A stretch of DNA of 64,000 nt, from NCBI GenBank assembly GCA_050695215.1, contig JBOGSD010000004.1, positions 1,864-65,863 on the forward strand, written 5' to 3'. Below, one piece after another: positions 53,784 through 62,267 of this stretch. The DNA is from a bacterium. Lineage in GTDB: Bacteria; Sysuimicrobiota; Sysuimicrobiia; Sysuimicrobiales; Humicultoraceae. Under the pieces are notes generated by a model. It saw nothing but the letters and a program-made list of their open reading frames with translations, searched no databases and had not been told where the DNA came from. Positions within the stretch are counted from its first letter, which is position 1, and each line of letters opens with the position of its first letter. The translations under genes and the position numbers were made by a program.

Positions 53784-54800
53784 CTATCGCTCCCCCAGCC
53801 CCAGGCGCCGTTCCAGCACGCGGCTACCGGACGACATCGCGTAGGAGAAGATGAAGTATACGACCAGCAGGAAGACGTAGACTTCACGCTCGTCGTGCAG
53901 GTATTGGGTGATGGCCAGCAGCGACCGTCCGGTCCCCACCAGTTCGGAGATGCCGATGATTACCGCGAGCGAAGTGTCTTTGAAAAGGCTGATGAACTGG
54001 CCCACCAGGGCGGGGGTCATGTTCTTCACCGCCTGGGGCAGCACGATGTAGCTCATCGTCTGAATGGCGGAGAGGCCCACCGCCCGCGCCGCCTCGCTCT
54101 GCCCGCGGGGGACCGATTGGATCCCCGCGCGCACGATCTCCCCGATGTAGGCGGAGGTGAAGATGGTCAGGGCGATCATGGCGCGGGCCACGCGTGGCAG
54201 CGCGCCTCCTGAGACGAGCGTCACGAAGATAAAGAACCACAGGAGCATCGTGATCAAAGGGATGCCACGGATGAACTCAATGTAGAAGGTGGCGAACCCC
54301 CTGACCACGGGGAGGCGGCTCACCCGCCCTATGCCGACCAGCACCCCGATCGGGAAGGAGGCCGAGATCGCTGCCACCCCAAGCAGCAGGGTGAGGTAGA
54401 GGCCACCGACCTGGTCGAGGCGCACCGGCGACATCACCCAGAGGACGGCGACGAGGATGCCGCCCCAGAGGCTCACGAGCGTGCCCGGGCGCACACTCGC
54501 GCGCACGCCCAGGACGGTCAGGAGCGCGGCCGCCACGACCAGCCCTCCCGCCCAATAGGCGCGGCGCGCCAGTTCCACAGGCATCAATCCCACCAGCCAG
54601 AAGCGTGGGTTGTCCGTCACAACGTTCCAATGCGCGCTTGCCGCCCAGCGCACGATCCCCACGATCGCGAAGAGCAGCGCCGCGGCCACCCCGGTCGAGA
54701 GGAGCGTATTCCACCACCCGTCGAAGAGGTTGCGGCGCGCCCACGCCCAGGGGCTCAGCCGTTCGTCCGGGGCCAGTAGGGCTTCCGCGCGGATCGCCAC
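53784..54800 (-). CDS. Amino-acid ABC transporter permease (AapM/HisM-like)
   Basis: Multi-TM protein with the EAA-like permease loop (...GRSLLAITQY...), adjacent to a paralogous permease. Confidence 0.85.
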   Translation of the reverse strand: MAIRAEALLAPDERLSPWAWARRNLFDGWWNTLLSTGVAAALLFAIVGIVRWAASAHWNVVTDNPRFWLVGLMPVELARRAYWAGGLVVAAALLTVLGVRASVRPGTLVSLWGGILVAVLWVMSPVRLDQVGGLYLTLLLGVAAISASFPIGVLVGIGRVSRLPVVRGFATFYIEFIRGIPLITMLLWFFIFVTLVSGGALPRVARAMIALTIFTSAYIGEIVRAGIQSVPRGQSEAARAVGLSAIQTMSYIVLPQAVKNMTPALVGQFISLFKDTSLAVIIGISELVGTGRSLLAITQYLHDEREVYVFLLVVYFIFSYAMSSGSRVLERRLGLGER

Positions 54801-54810
54801 CGACGATCTC

Positions 54811-55827
54811 CTAGCTAGCCGAAAGGCTCATCCGGGAGCGGATGAGGTTCAGTATGGCGGAGATGGCCAGCGAGATGACGAGGTACCCGAGCGTGACCAC
54901 CGTGAAGGCCTCTAGGGATCGAAAGGACTGGCTGCTCACCGTGTTGGCGGCGGTGAGGAATTCCGCGTACCCGATGCCCAGCGCCAGGCTGCTGTTCTTC
55001 GTCAGGTTGAGATACTGGTTCCCCAGGGGCGGGATGACGATGCGCAGCGCCTGCGGGAGCACGACCAGCCGCAGCCCCTGACCGTAGGTGAGCCCGAGGC
55101 TGCGTGCGGCCTCCATCTGGCCCCGGGAAACCGCCAGGATGCCCCCGCGGACGATCTCCGCAATGAAAGAAGAAGTGTAGGCGGCGAGGCCGATGACCAG
55201 CGCCGCGAACTCGGGGCCCAGCTGCACGCCGCCGTCCGCGGTTAGTCGGCCAAAGCGCTCGACGACCGTCCCCCCAAAGACGAGACCGGAGTTAGTGAGG
55301 ACGATGAAATCCTCAAAGAGGCGCAGTGGCGGGCGCTGCGCCGACCCGTCTGGCAACTGCAAGAAGACCGCGAAGTACCAGAAGAACAGTTGGACCAGCA
55401 GCGGCGTGTTCCTGAGGAACTCGACATAAACCAGCGCCAGCCGGCTGACCAGCCAGTTGCGGGAGAGCCGAGCGATTCCGACCAGCAGCCCCAGGGTCGT
55501 GGCCAGCACGATGCCCAGCGCCGCCACCTTCATCGTATTGAACAACCCGGCGATCATCGCTTCGGCGTAGGAGTCGGTCGGCTCGTAGTCCTTAACCCGC
55601 CAGGTCTCCAGGTCGACGGTCCAGGTCAGCGCAGTCAGTTCGAAGCCAGCGGGCCGGCGCAAAAAGCCCCAATCCAGACGGATGTTCTGGCGGACGAAAC
55701 TGCGCTGCAGCGCTTCGCTCAAGCCCCAGATGGCGAAAGCGAGAAGGACCAGGAAGAGGATCTGCGCGACGACCTCAAGCACGCGGGCATCGCGCCAGAG
55801 CGGTGGGCGGGCGGTCGGCAATGTCAC
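54811..55827 (-). CDS. Amino-acid ABC transporter permease (AapQ/HisQ-like)
   Basis: Multi-TM protein, paralogous to the neighbouring permease. ...SRGQMEAARSLGLTYGQGLRLVVLPQALRIVIPPLGNQYLNLTKNSSLA is the permease signature. Confidence 0.85.
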   Translation of the reverse strand: MTLPTARPPLWRDARVLEVVAQILFLVLLAFAIWGLSEALQRSFVRQNIRLDWGFLRRPAGFELTALTWTVDLETWRVKDYEPTDSYAEAMIAGLFNTMKVAALGIVLATTLGLLVGIARLSRNWLVSRLALVYVEFLRNTPLLVQLFFWYFAVFLQLPDGSAQRPPLRLFEDFIVLTNSGLVFGGTVVERFGRLTADGGVQLGPEFAALVIGLAAYTSSFIAEIVRGGILAVSRGQMEAARSLGLTYGQGLRLVVLPQALRIVIPPLGNQYLNLTKNSSLALGIGYAEFLTAANTVSSQSFRSLEAFTVVTLGYLVISLAISAILNLIRSRMSLSAS

Positions 55828-55926
55828 GCGAGGGTTCGAAAGTGCAGCGAGCGGCGGGCGCGGAAGCCCACGCGCGCTCCACCGCTCGCCTGCAGTTGAC
55901 CGGCGTTCAACGCGCCAGCAGTCCCC

Positions 55927-56943
55927 CTACGGGCGGAACGGCCGGCTGGTGATCGCTCCACCTTCTTTGGCCAGTTCGTTGCGTGAGCCGTTCCGGGTAA
56001 TGGCCGTTCGCTGGCGGGATCCGAAGTAGCGGTCGTAGACCTCCCCGTAGTTCCCCACCAGGCTGAGGACCCTCCGCATCGCGCCGCCCTTGACCTCCAT
56101 GAGGTTCCGGATTACGGGATCGCGCTGCATGAGCTCATTAAGACGGCCCGGGTTACGGGCGATGGCCTGGGTGATGCCCAGCTCCTCCGCCAGGACCATC
56201 CCATAGACCGTGTAGTCGACCGCGTCGGCCCACTTCGAGTCGTTTTCCTGGTAGAAAGGCCCCAGCGGTTCGTCGCTGAACTCCCTGCCGACCAGCTTGA
56301 AGTCCGCGGGGTTGGTCGCCGTCGCCCGGAACGCCGTCAGCTGGCTGGCGTCCGTGGTGAAAACGTCGCAGCGGCCAGCGGCTAAGCCGGCGAAGGCCTG
56401 TGCGGCCTCAGCGAACGGCAGGATGGTGACGCGGAAGTTCCTGAGGCGCATCTGGTCGGTGATATTGCGCTCGCTGGTCGTGCCCGCGAACGTACAGATA
56501 CGCGCCCCGTTCAGATCGTCGAGGCCGCCGATTCGGGAATCAGCTTTAACCAGTAGCCGCTGTCCGTCGAAGAAAGTTACCGGTCCGAAGTCCACCTGGT
56601 CATCGCGCGCGACCGTCACCGTGGTTGTGCGGAAGACGACGTCCACTGATCCGGAAAGGACGGCGGGAATGCGGTTGGCTCCGGTCAGGTTCACGAACTC
56701 AACCTCCGCCACGTCGATGTAGGCCGCGACCGCGCGGCAGAACTCCGCGTCAAACCCCACCATCCGCCCAGAGGCCGGATCAGGGAAACTGAACCCTGGC
56801 GTGGCCCCTGACACCCCGCAGATCAAGTTCCCCCGGGCCTTGACCACGTCCAGGCGCGACCGCGGCTGCTGGGCCTGCGTTACGTACGCCGCCAGGCCGA
56901 CGGCCAGCGCCACCGCCAGCGCCAATCCCACAAACTTTCGCAT
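55927..56943 (-). CDS. Amino-acid ABC transporter substrate-binding protein (general L-amino-acid AapJ-like, SBP family 3)
   Basis: Start at MRKFVGLALAVALAVGLAAYVTQA (ATG 56941-56943, RBS GAGGGGGTG). ...VKARGNLICGVSGATPGFSFPD... is typical of AapJ-like binding proteins. Confidence 0.85.
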   Translation of the reverse strand: MRKFVGLALAVALAVGLAAYVTQAQQPRSRLDVVKARGNLICGVSGATPGFSFPDPASGRMVGFDAEFCRAVAAYIDVAEVEFVNLTGANRIPAVLSGSVDVVFRTTTVTVARDDQVDFGPVTFFDGQRLLVKADSRIGGLDDLNGARICTFAGTTSERNITDQMRLRNFRVTILPFAEAAQAFAGLAAGRCDVFTTDASQLTAFRATATNPADFKLVGREFSDEPLGPFYQENDSKWADAVDYTVYGMVLAEELGITQAIARNPGRLNELMQRDPVIRNLMEVKGGAMRRVLSLVGNYGEVYDRYFGSRQRTAITRNGSRNELAKEGGAITSRPFRP

Positions 56944-57114
56944 GCTGCACCCCCTCGGAGTGAATCTCCAGGCTCGGAAATCCGGCCTGATGCCCACCGC
57001 AAACCTCAAGAAACACGCGGTCCTAACTAATTTGCCGGAGGTCCCGCGCCCTCCTCCGGCCGTGCGGTCCGAACTGCCGTTGCGCCCGCTCGGGTGCTCA
57101 CGACCCGCGCGTCC

Positions 57115-57861
57115 TTAACCGTAGGCGCCGGCACCCCGCGCGCCGGCGGCGCGGCCGCGGAAGACCAGCCCTAAGAGGAACCCCGCGGCGAAACCCCCGA
57201 TGTGGGCCCACCACGCCACACCCCCGCCCGCCCCGCCGCCCATCTCTAAGGATGCCTGGATGAACTGGATGACGATCCAGAAACCCAGTACGTAGAGAGC
57301 GGGCAGCGCGACGACGCGGATGAAGACGAAGTAGATCAGAAGCGTATCGACGCGCGCCCGCGGGAAGAAGGCTAGGTACGCCCCCATGACGCCGGCGATG
57401 GCTCCGCTGGCGCCGATCAGCGGCACCTGGGAGGCCGGAGCGAGGAAGATCTGCCCGAGGTGGCCGGCCAGCCCCACCACCAGATAGAAGATGAGGAAGC
57501 CGATCTTGCCGAAGACGTCTTCCACGTTGTTGCCGAAGATCCACAAGTAAAGCATGTTCCCGCCCAGGTGCAGCCAGGAACCGTGCATGAACATGGAGGA
57601 AAAGAGGGTCGCGTAGATCGGTTCCGGCCCGGCCGGGGGGATGTCCTCGCCGCGGGTGATCTCGTAGGGAATCATCCCGTAGGATTCCACGAAGGACTCG
57701 AGGCGCGATTGACCGAGGCTGTTCTCGTACAGAAAGACCAGGATGTTGATCAGGATCAGGACGAAGACCACGAGGGGCATCGTGCGGCCCGGAAGATGGT
57801 CGCGGAGGGGAATCACAGGCGGAAGATTCGGGCGGCGGCGGCCCTCCTCCTCCGGCTCCAC
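57115..57861 (-). CDS. Rhomboid-family intramembrane serine protease
   Basis: GASGAIAGVMGAY (catalytic Ser) and WAHIGGFAAG (catalytic His), 6 TM helices. An internal start at MPLVVFV... is possible. Confidence 0.8.
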   Translation of the reverse strand: MEPEEEGRRRPNLPPVIPLRDHLPGRTMPLVVFVLILINILVFLYENSLGQSRLESFVESYGMIPYEITRGEDIPPAGPEPIYATLFSSMFMHGSWLHLGGNMLYLWIFGNNVEDVFGKIGFLIFYLVVGLAGHLGQIFLAPASQVPLIGASGAIAGVMGAYLAFFPRARVDTLLIYFVFIRVVALPALYVLGFWIVIQFIQASLEMGGGAGGGVAWWAHIGGFAAGFLLGLVFRGRAAGARGAGAYG

Positions 57862-57931
57862 CGCGAGGGATGCGGCGCCCGGGAGTGGGGCCCCGGGCGC
57901 CGCTGCCGATTACCGTGCGATGGGATACTTC

Positions 57932-58192
57932 CTAGACGGCTCGCCGGCGGGACAGGGTTTTCCAGACCCAAAGGAAGAGCACCGCCCCGAGCGTGGGGAT
58001 GAGGATGGAATAGAGGTTGATGCCGGATGCCCCGGCATAGCCGAGCGCATTGGCGATGACTCCTCCCACGACTGCCCCGACGACGCCGATGAGCAGGGTC
58101 ATCAATGTCCCGCCCGGCTCCGAACCGGAAGAGATCATCTTGGCCAGCCACCCCGCGATCAGTCCGACAACAATCCAGGCCAGAATAGACAC
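57932..58192 (-). CDS. GlsB/YeaQ/YmgE-family stress-response membrane protein
   Basis: 86 aa. MSILAWIVVGLIAGWLAKMI...GGTLMTLLIGVVGAVVGGVIANALG is the characteristic transglycosylase-associated-protein motif. Confidence 0.75.
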   Translation of the reverse strand: MSILAWIVVGLIAGWLAKMISSGSEPGGTLMTLLIGVVGAVVGGVIANALGYAGASGINLYSILIPTLGAVLFLWVWKTLSRRRAV

Positions 58193-58289
58193 AGTATCAC
58201 CCCCTTAAGCACCCACGATATCAGGCCTATGGTGAGGCCTCAATGGGAAGACGCCGGGGCCGCTCGTGGCCCCGGCGCCGCCAGTCTGG

Positions 58290-58607
58290 TTAGTCCTTGA
58301 CGACGGTACGACTCTCACCGCCGCGCGACACCGCGACGATCGCCAGGATGACGATCAGCAGCAGCACGGCTCCGACCACGAGCGCCGTGGTCTGGTCCAT
58401 CCCGAAGATCGTCGGGCCGGGCGCGCCGGTCGGGCCCGGAGGGCCCGCCGGTCCGGGGGCTCCTGGAGCACCCGGCACGCCGGGGGCTCCCGGAGGTCCG
58501 GGGGGGGCCGGCGGAGCCGGGGGCGGCTCCTGCGCCAGCGCCACACCCGTAGCGGCGATCAGCAGCGTGAAAAGACCTAGCATGACTATGGCTGAGTACT
58601 TTCGCAT
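58290..58607 (-). CDS. Small secreted, C-terminally membrane-anchored protein with a collagen-like (Gly-X-Y)10 repeat
   Basis: Hand-translated: signal peptide MRKYSAIVMLGLFTLLIAATGVALAQE; Pro-rich PPPAPPAPP; ten uninterrupted G-X-Y triplets GPPGAPGVPGAPGAPGPAGPPGPTGAPGPT; C-terminal TM helix ALVVGAVLLLIVILAIVAV. Strong RBS GGAGAGGAGGA. Confidence 0.6.
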   Translation of the reverse strand: MRKYSAIVMLGLFTLLIAATGVALAQEPPPAPPAPPGPPGAPGVPGAPGAPGPAGPPGPTGAPGPTIFGMDQTTALVVGAVLLLIVILAIVAVSRGGESRTVVKD

Positions 58608-58732
58608 CAGATGTCCTCCTCTCCGAAAAGGCTACCATCGTTATCCCCCCAGCAACGGCCCTCCAAACGGGCCCGTCAGTGAAAGCCGCAGAGGAGGAAG
58701 AATTGCCGGCGGGGGCGTGGAAGAGGGTGGAG

Positions 58733-59911
58733 ATGGCGCATTACCGCTACCTCATCGTCGGGGGAGGCATGACCGGCAACGCCGCCCTGCGCGGCATCCG
58801 GGAGGTGGACCCCGCGGGGTCGATCGGCCTGATCGGCTACGAACCCCATCCCCCCTACAAACGCCCGCCCCTGTCCAAGGGACTCTGGAAAGGCAAGGCG
58901 GTCGAGACGATCTGGCTCCGCGCAGAGGAGACCGACGCCGACCTGCGCCTGGGGACCACCGCGGTAAGCCTCGACGCCGGAGCCCGACGCGTCCGAGTCG
59001 ACCGCGGCGAAGAGCACACCTTCGAGCGGCTGCTCATCGCCACCGGCGGGACGCCCCGCCGCCTCTCCTTCGGCGGGGATCAGGCGATCTATTACCGGAC
59101 CTTCGACGACTATCAGCGGCTGCGCGCACTGACCGAGCGGGGGGACCGTTTTGCCGTGATCGGTGGAGGCTTCATCGGCTCCGAGATCGCCGCTGCTCTC
59201 AGGATGAACGGCAAGCGCGCCACCCTGCTGCTGCGCGCGCCGGGGATCGGTCCGCAGATCTTCCCACAGGGCCTCTCCGGGTATCTCAGCGCCTACTACC
59301 GCGATCAGGGTGTGGAGGTCCTGGAAGCGGAATCGGCGGCTGCCCTGGAGCCGGAGGGGGAGGCGCTGCTTCTCACCACCGCGGCCGGCAGGCGACTGCG
59401 CGTAGACGGCGTCGTCGCCGGCATCGGCATCGAGCCCAACGTGAGCCTCGCCCGGGGAGCCGGGCTGACGATCGAAAACGGCATCGTCGTCGATGAATGG
59501 CTGCGCACCAGCCATCCCCACATCTTCGCCGCGGGGGACGTGGCCAGCTTTTCCAGCCCTGCTCTGGGAAAGATCCTCCGCGTCGAGCACGAGGACAACG
59601 CGAACGTGATGGGCAAGATCGCCGGGCGCAACATGGCCGGAGCGAACGAGCCCTATCGTCATCTGCCATTCTTCTATTCAGATCTGTTCGAACTGGGATA
59701 TGAGGCCGTCGGGGAGACCGACCCCCGGCTCGACGTCGTGGAGGACTGGCAGGAGCCCTACGGCAAGGGTGTCGTCTACTACCTGCGGGACCACCGGGTC
59801 AAGGGGGTGCTCCTCTGGAACGTCTGGGACCAGGTGGAGCACGCCCGGCAGCTGATCGGCGAGCCGGGACCGTTCCGTCCCGACGACCTCCGGGGGCGCC
59901 TGCCGGCCTGA
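58733..59911 (+). CDS. FAD-dependent pyridine nucleotide-disulfide oxidoreductase (AIF/ferredoxin-reductase-like)
   Basis: YLIVGGGMTGNAAL (FAD GxGxxG), FAVIGGGFIGSEIAAAL (NAD GxGxxG), ...FAAGDVA... Start probably at the internal ATG 58733. The ORF runs from 58679. Confidence 0.8.
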   Translation: MAHYRYLIVGGGMTGNAALRGIREVDPAGSIGLIGYEPHPPYKRPPLSKGLWKGKAVETIWLRAEETDADLRLGTTAVSLDAGARRVRVDRGEEHTFERLLIATGGTPRRLSFGGDQAIYYRTFDDYQRLRALTERGDRFAVIGGGFIGSEIAAALRMNGKRATLLLRAPGIGPQIFPQGLSGYLSAYYRDQGVEVLEAESAAALEPEGEALLLTTAAGRRLRVDGVVAGIGIEPNVSLARGAGLTIENGIVVDEWLRTSHPHIFAAGDVASFSSPALGKILRVEHEDNANVMGKIAGRNMAGANEPYRHLPFFYSDLFELGYEAVGETDPRLDVVEDWQEPYGKGVVYYLRDHRVKGVLLWNVWDQVEHARQLIGEPGPFRPDDLRGRLPA

Positions 59912-59924
59912 CGGATGCCGCCGC

Positions 59925-60716
59925 CTATCCTTTATATGTAAGGACGCGGCCCCAGAGGCTTTTCGTCCCCCAGATTCCCGAGCGCAAACACTCCAGCTGG
60001 ACGATCTGGCTGTGGTCGACGAAGAGGTTGACCTCCACCCCGTAGTTCTTGATGTACCAGCTAAAGACGTCCGGATCGGCGGCCTCGAACATCACCCGCT
60101 CCAACCCCAGCCCGTCCACGAACTTGGTGACGATGTCGGTCCGCCAGCTTTGCACGTTCTCGGTGATGCCTTCCGACTCGACCATGATCATGTACGCGCC
60201 CGCCTCGAGGAGGCGCCGCGCCTGGGCGACGGCGTAGTCGGGGTCGCGGACCCCCTCGGCCGCCAGTTCCACTGCCGCGCTGGCCCCGCCGGCGCCGTAC
60301 TGGATCCCCACCTCCGGCTTGGGTCGGAGGCCGGCTTTCTGCACCTGCTCCACGAGCCGCAGCCAGTCGTCCGTGGGGATCGTGATGAAGCCCGTGGACA
60401 GCTCCACGATGTCGAAGCCCAGGGCCTTGCATTCCTCGATGTACCGGCGCACCGCGTCGCGACCCTGGGTGAGCACGTACTCGATGAATCCTCCCGTGGA
60501 GACCAGGACGTCGTGGGCGTGCGCGAGGTCGATCAGGTCTCGCACCGCCTGGCGCGGCATCAGCGCAAACGAGCCGCCGGCGAACTTGAGTCCATCGACG
60601 TAGGCGCCCATCGTCTCTAAGACGTCCTGGAGATAGCGGGTGCCCATGGGCGTGTAGTAGGGACCCCGGACTTCGGTGATGCCGCGGGTACGCGGCTTGC
60701 TCCCCCGGTCGTTCAT
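59925..60716 (-). CDS. comA: (2R)-phospho-3-sulfolactate synthase (ComA family)
   Basis: Start MNDRGSKPRTRGITEVRGPYY (ATG 60714-60716). ...YVDGLKFAGGSFALMP... matches the ComA/YitD family. The 47 aa that the ORF track places upstream are Arg/Gly-rich. Confidence 0.75.
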   Translation of the reverse strand: MNDRGSKPRTRGITEVRGPYYTPMGTRYLQDVLETMGAYVDGLKFAGGSFALMPRQAVRDLIDLAHAHDVLVSTGGFIEYVLTQGRDAVRRYIEECKALGFDIVELSTGFITIPTDDWLRLVEQVQKAGLRPKPEVGIQYGAGGASAAVELAAEGVRDPDYAVAQARRLLEAGAYMIMVESEGITENVQSWRTDIVTKFVDGLGLERVMFEAADPDVFSWYIKNYGVEVNLFVDHSQIVQLECLRSGIWGTKSLWGRVLTYKG

Positions 60717-60899
60717 CCGGATGAAAGAGAGAGACCGTTCGATCTCCACCGCACGCGGCGGCACGCGCCCATCGCCGCCGGTCCGCGCCGGCCTAGTCCC
60801 CCGCGAACTGACCTTCCCTGCCCGTCTGGCCATCGGGGATCCTCCTTTGATCTGCATTCAGTCGAAGTGGCCTCTCGACCGGTCCGGACTGCACCCCCA

Positions 60900-62267
60900 T
60901 CACCCCCGCCCCACCTGTGCCAACAGCGTCGTGAGGTCCCGGACGCTGATCCGCTCCAACTCCGCCACCGCCGCGACGATCTGGCGCTGCAGCGGTCCAC
61001 CGCTGCGCGCGGCGCCAAGGCGCTCGAACTTGGCCGCCACGGTCTCCCAGCGCATCGGCTGGGTCGGGAATCCTTCGAAGTCTTCCTGCTCCTTGACCAG
61101 CACCCGCCCATCCCGGGTCTTCAGGCTGATGCGGCAGGCCATGTGCTGGGGGAATCGCCGTGTGAATTCCGCCGCCGGCCGGACCGTGACCCGCCGGAGC
61201 AGGCTCTGGACGTCCTCGCGGAGGATCCGTTCAGGCGCGTACTGCTGCGGCATGACCTCGCCGTCCAGCAGCGCCACCGCGGCCATGTAGTGCAGGCTGT
61301 GGTCGGCCTCCTCCTTGGTGCGGACGATGGTCTTGTCTCCCTCCTCCCCGCCGCCGATGATGTGAAACGCGACGTCGAAGGTGTCGATCTCGATGGACTG
61401 CACGTCCTCTCCCCGCAGGTCATGATCGGCTCGCAGCGCCAGGATCCCTTCCAACGTCGGCTGGGAGTGGTATTCGGCGTTGTACTTCTTCACGCCCGTC
61501 AGGGCGACGCGCTCCAAATCCTCCGCGGACCAGTCGATCTCAAATCGCCCAGCGATGGCGTCCATGAAGCCTTTGTTGCCCTCGAACACGAGCGGCGGCC
61601 CGGTGATGCCCCGCGCGGCCAGATAGGCGGCGTGGGTCCCTCCGAAGGCGGTGTGCGGGTAGGCCAGTCCTTTCCAATGCGACAGCGGGCCCGTACGCGT
61701 GACGCGCAGAGCATTGAGAGCCGTGCCGCTGATGGCGAGGGCGTTGGCGGTGCGGACGGCATCGAGGCCGAGGGCCCGCGACACCCCCGCGGCCACCGCG
61801 TAGGATCCCTGCGTGGTGTGGTCGAACCCCTTCGCCCGCACCGGCGCCACATCGCTGAGGCGGCACTGCACCTGATAGGCGACGGCCAGGGCGGCCAGCA
61901 GGTCGCGGCCGGAAGCGCCGGCATCTTCGGCGGCGGCGAGCACCGGCCCCAGGTTATCGCTGGGGTGGCAGCTCTCGCCGGGGGCGACGTACGAGTCGTT
62001 GAAGTCGAGGTAGCGCACCAGCGCGGCGTTGTAGAAGGCGGCCCGGTCCGGCGGCGCAGCCCCGCCCCCGATCAGTGTGCAGCGCGGCGCGCCGCCAAAC
62101 TCGTCGAGGTGAGCCCGCACCAGACGGATGGGTGCGCCCTCCAGCGCGCCGATCGCGCAGCCCAGCGCGTCCAGGATGCGGATCTTCAGTTGATGGCGCC
62201 CATTCTCGGACATCCCTCCGTAGGAGGCCCGCACCACGAAAGCGGCCAGCTGTTCGGCGGCGGTCAT
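60900..62267 (-). CDS. MmgE/PrpD-family protein (2-methylcitrate-dehydratase-like)
   Basis: Start MTAAEQLAAFVV (ATG 62265-62267), overlapping the upstream stop (ATGA). ...ILDALGCAIGA... and ...FDHTTQGSYAVAAGVSRALGL... are MmgE/PrpD hallmarks. Confidence 0.8.
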   Translation of the reverse strand: MTAAEQLAAFVVRASYGGMSENGRHQLKIRILDALGCAIGALEGAPIRLVRAHLDEFGGAPRCTLIGGGAAPPDRAAFYNAALVRYLDFNDSYVAPGESCHPSDNLGPVLAAAEDAGASGRDLLAALAVAYQVQCRLSDVAPVRAKGFDHTTQGSYAVAAGVSRALGLDAVRTANALAISGTALNALRVTRTGPLSHWKGLAYPHTAFGGTHAAYLAARGITGPPLVFEGNKGFMDAIAGRFEIDWSAEDLERVALTGVKKYNAEYHSQPTLEGILALRADHDLRGEDVQSIEIDTFDVAFHIIGGGEEGDKTIVRTKEEADHSLHYMAAVALLDGEVMPQQYAPERILREDVQSLLRRVTVRPAAEFTRRFPQHMACRISLKTRDGRVLVKEQEDFEGFPTQPMRWETVAAKFERLGAARSGGPLQRQIVAAVAELERISVRDLTTLLAQVGRG

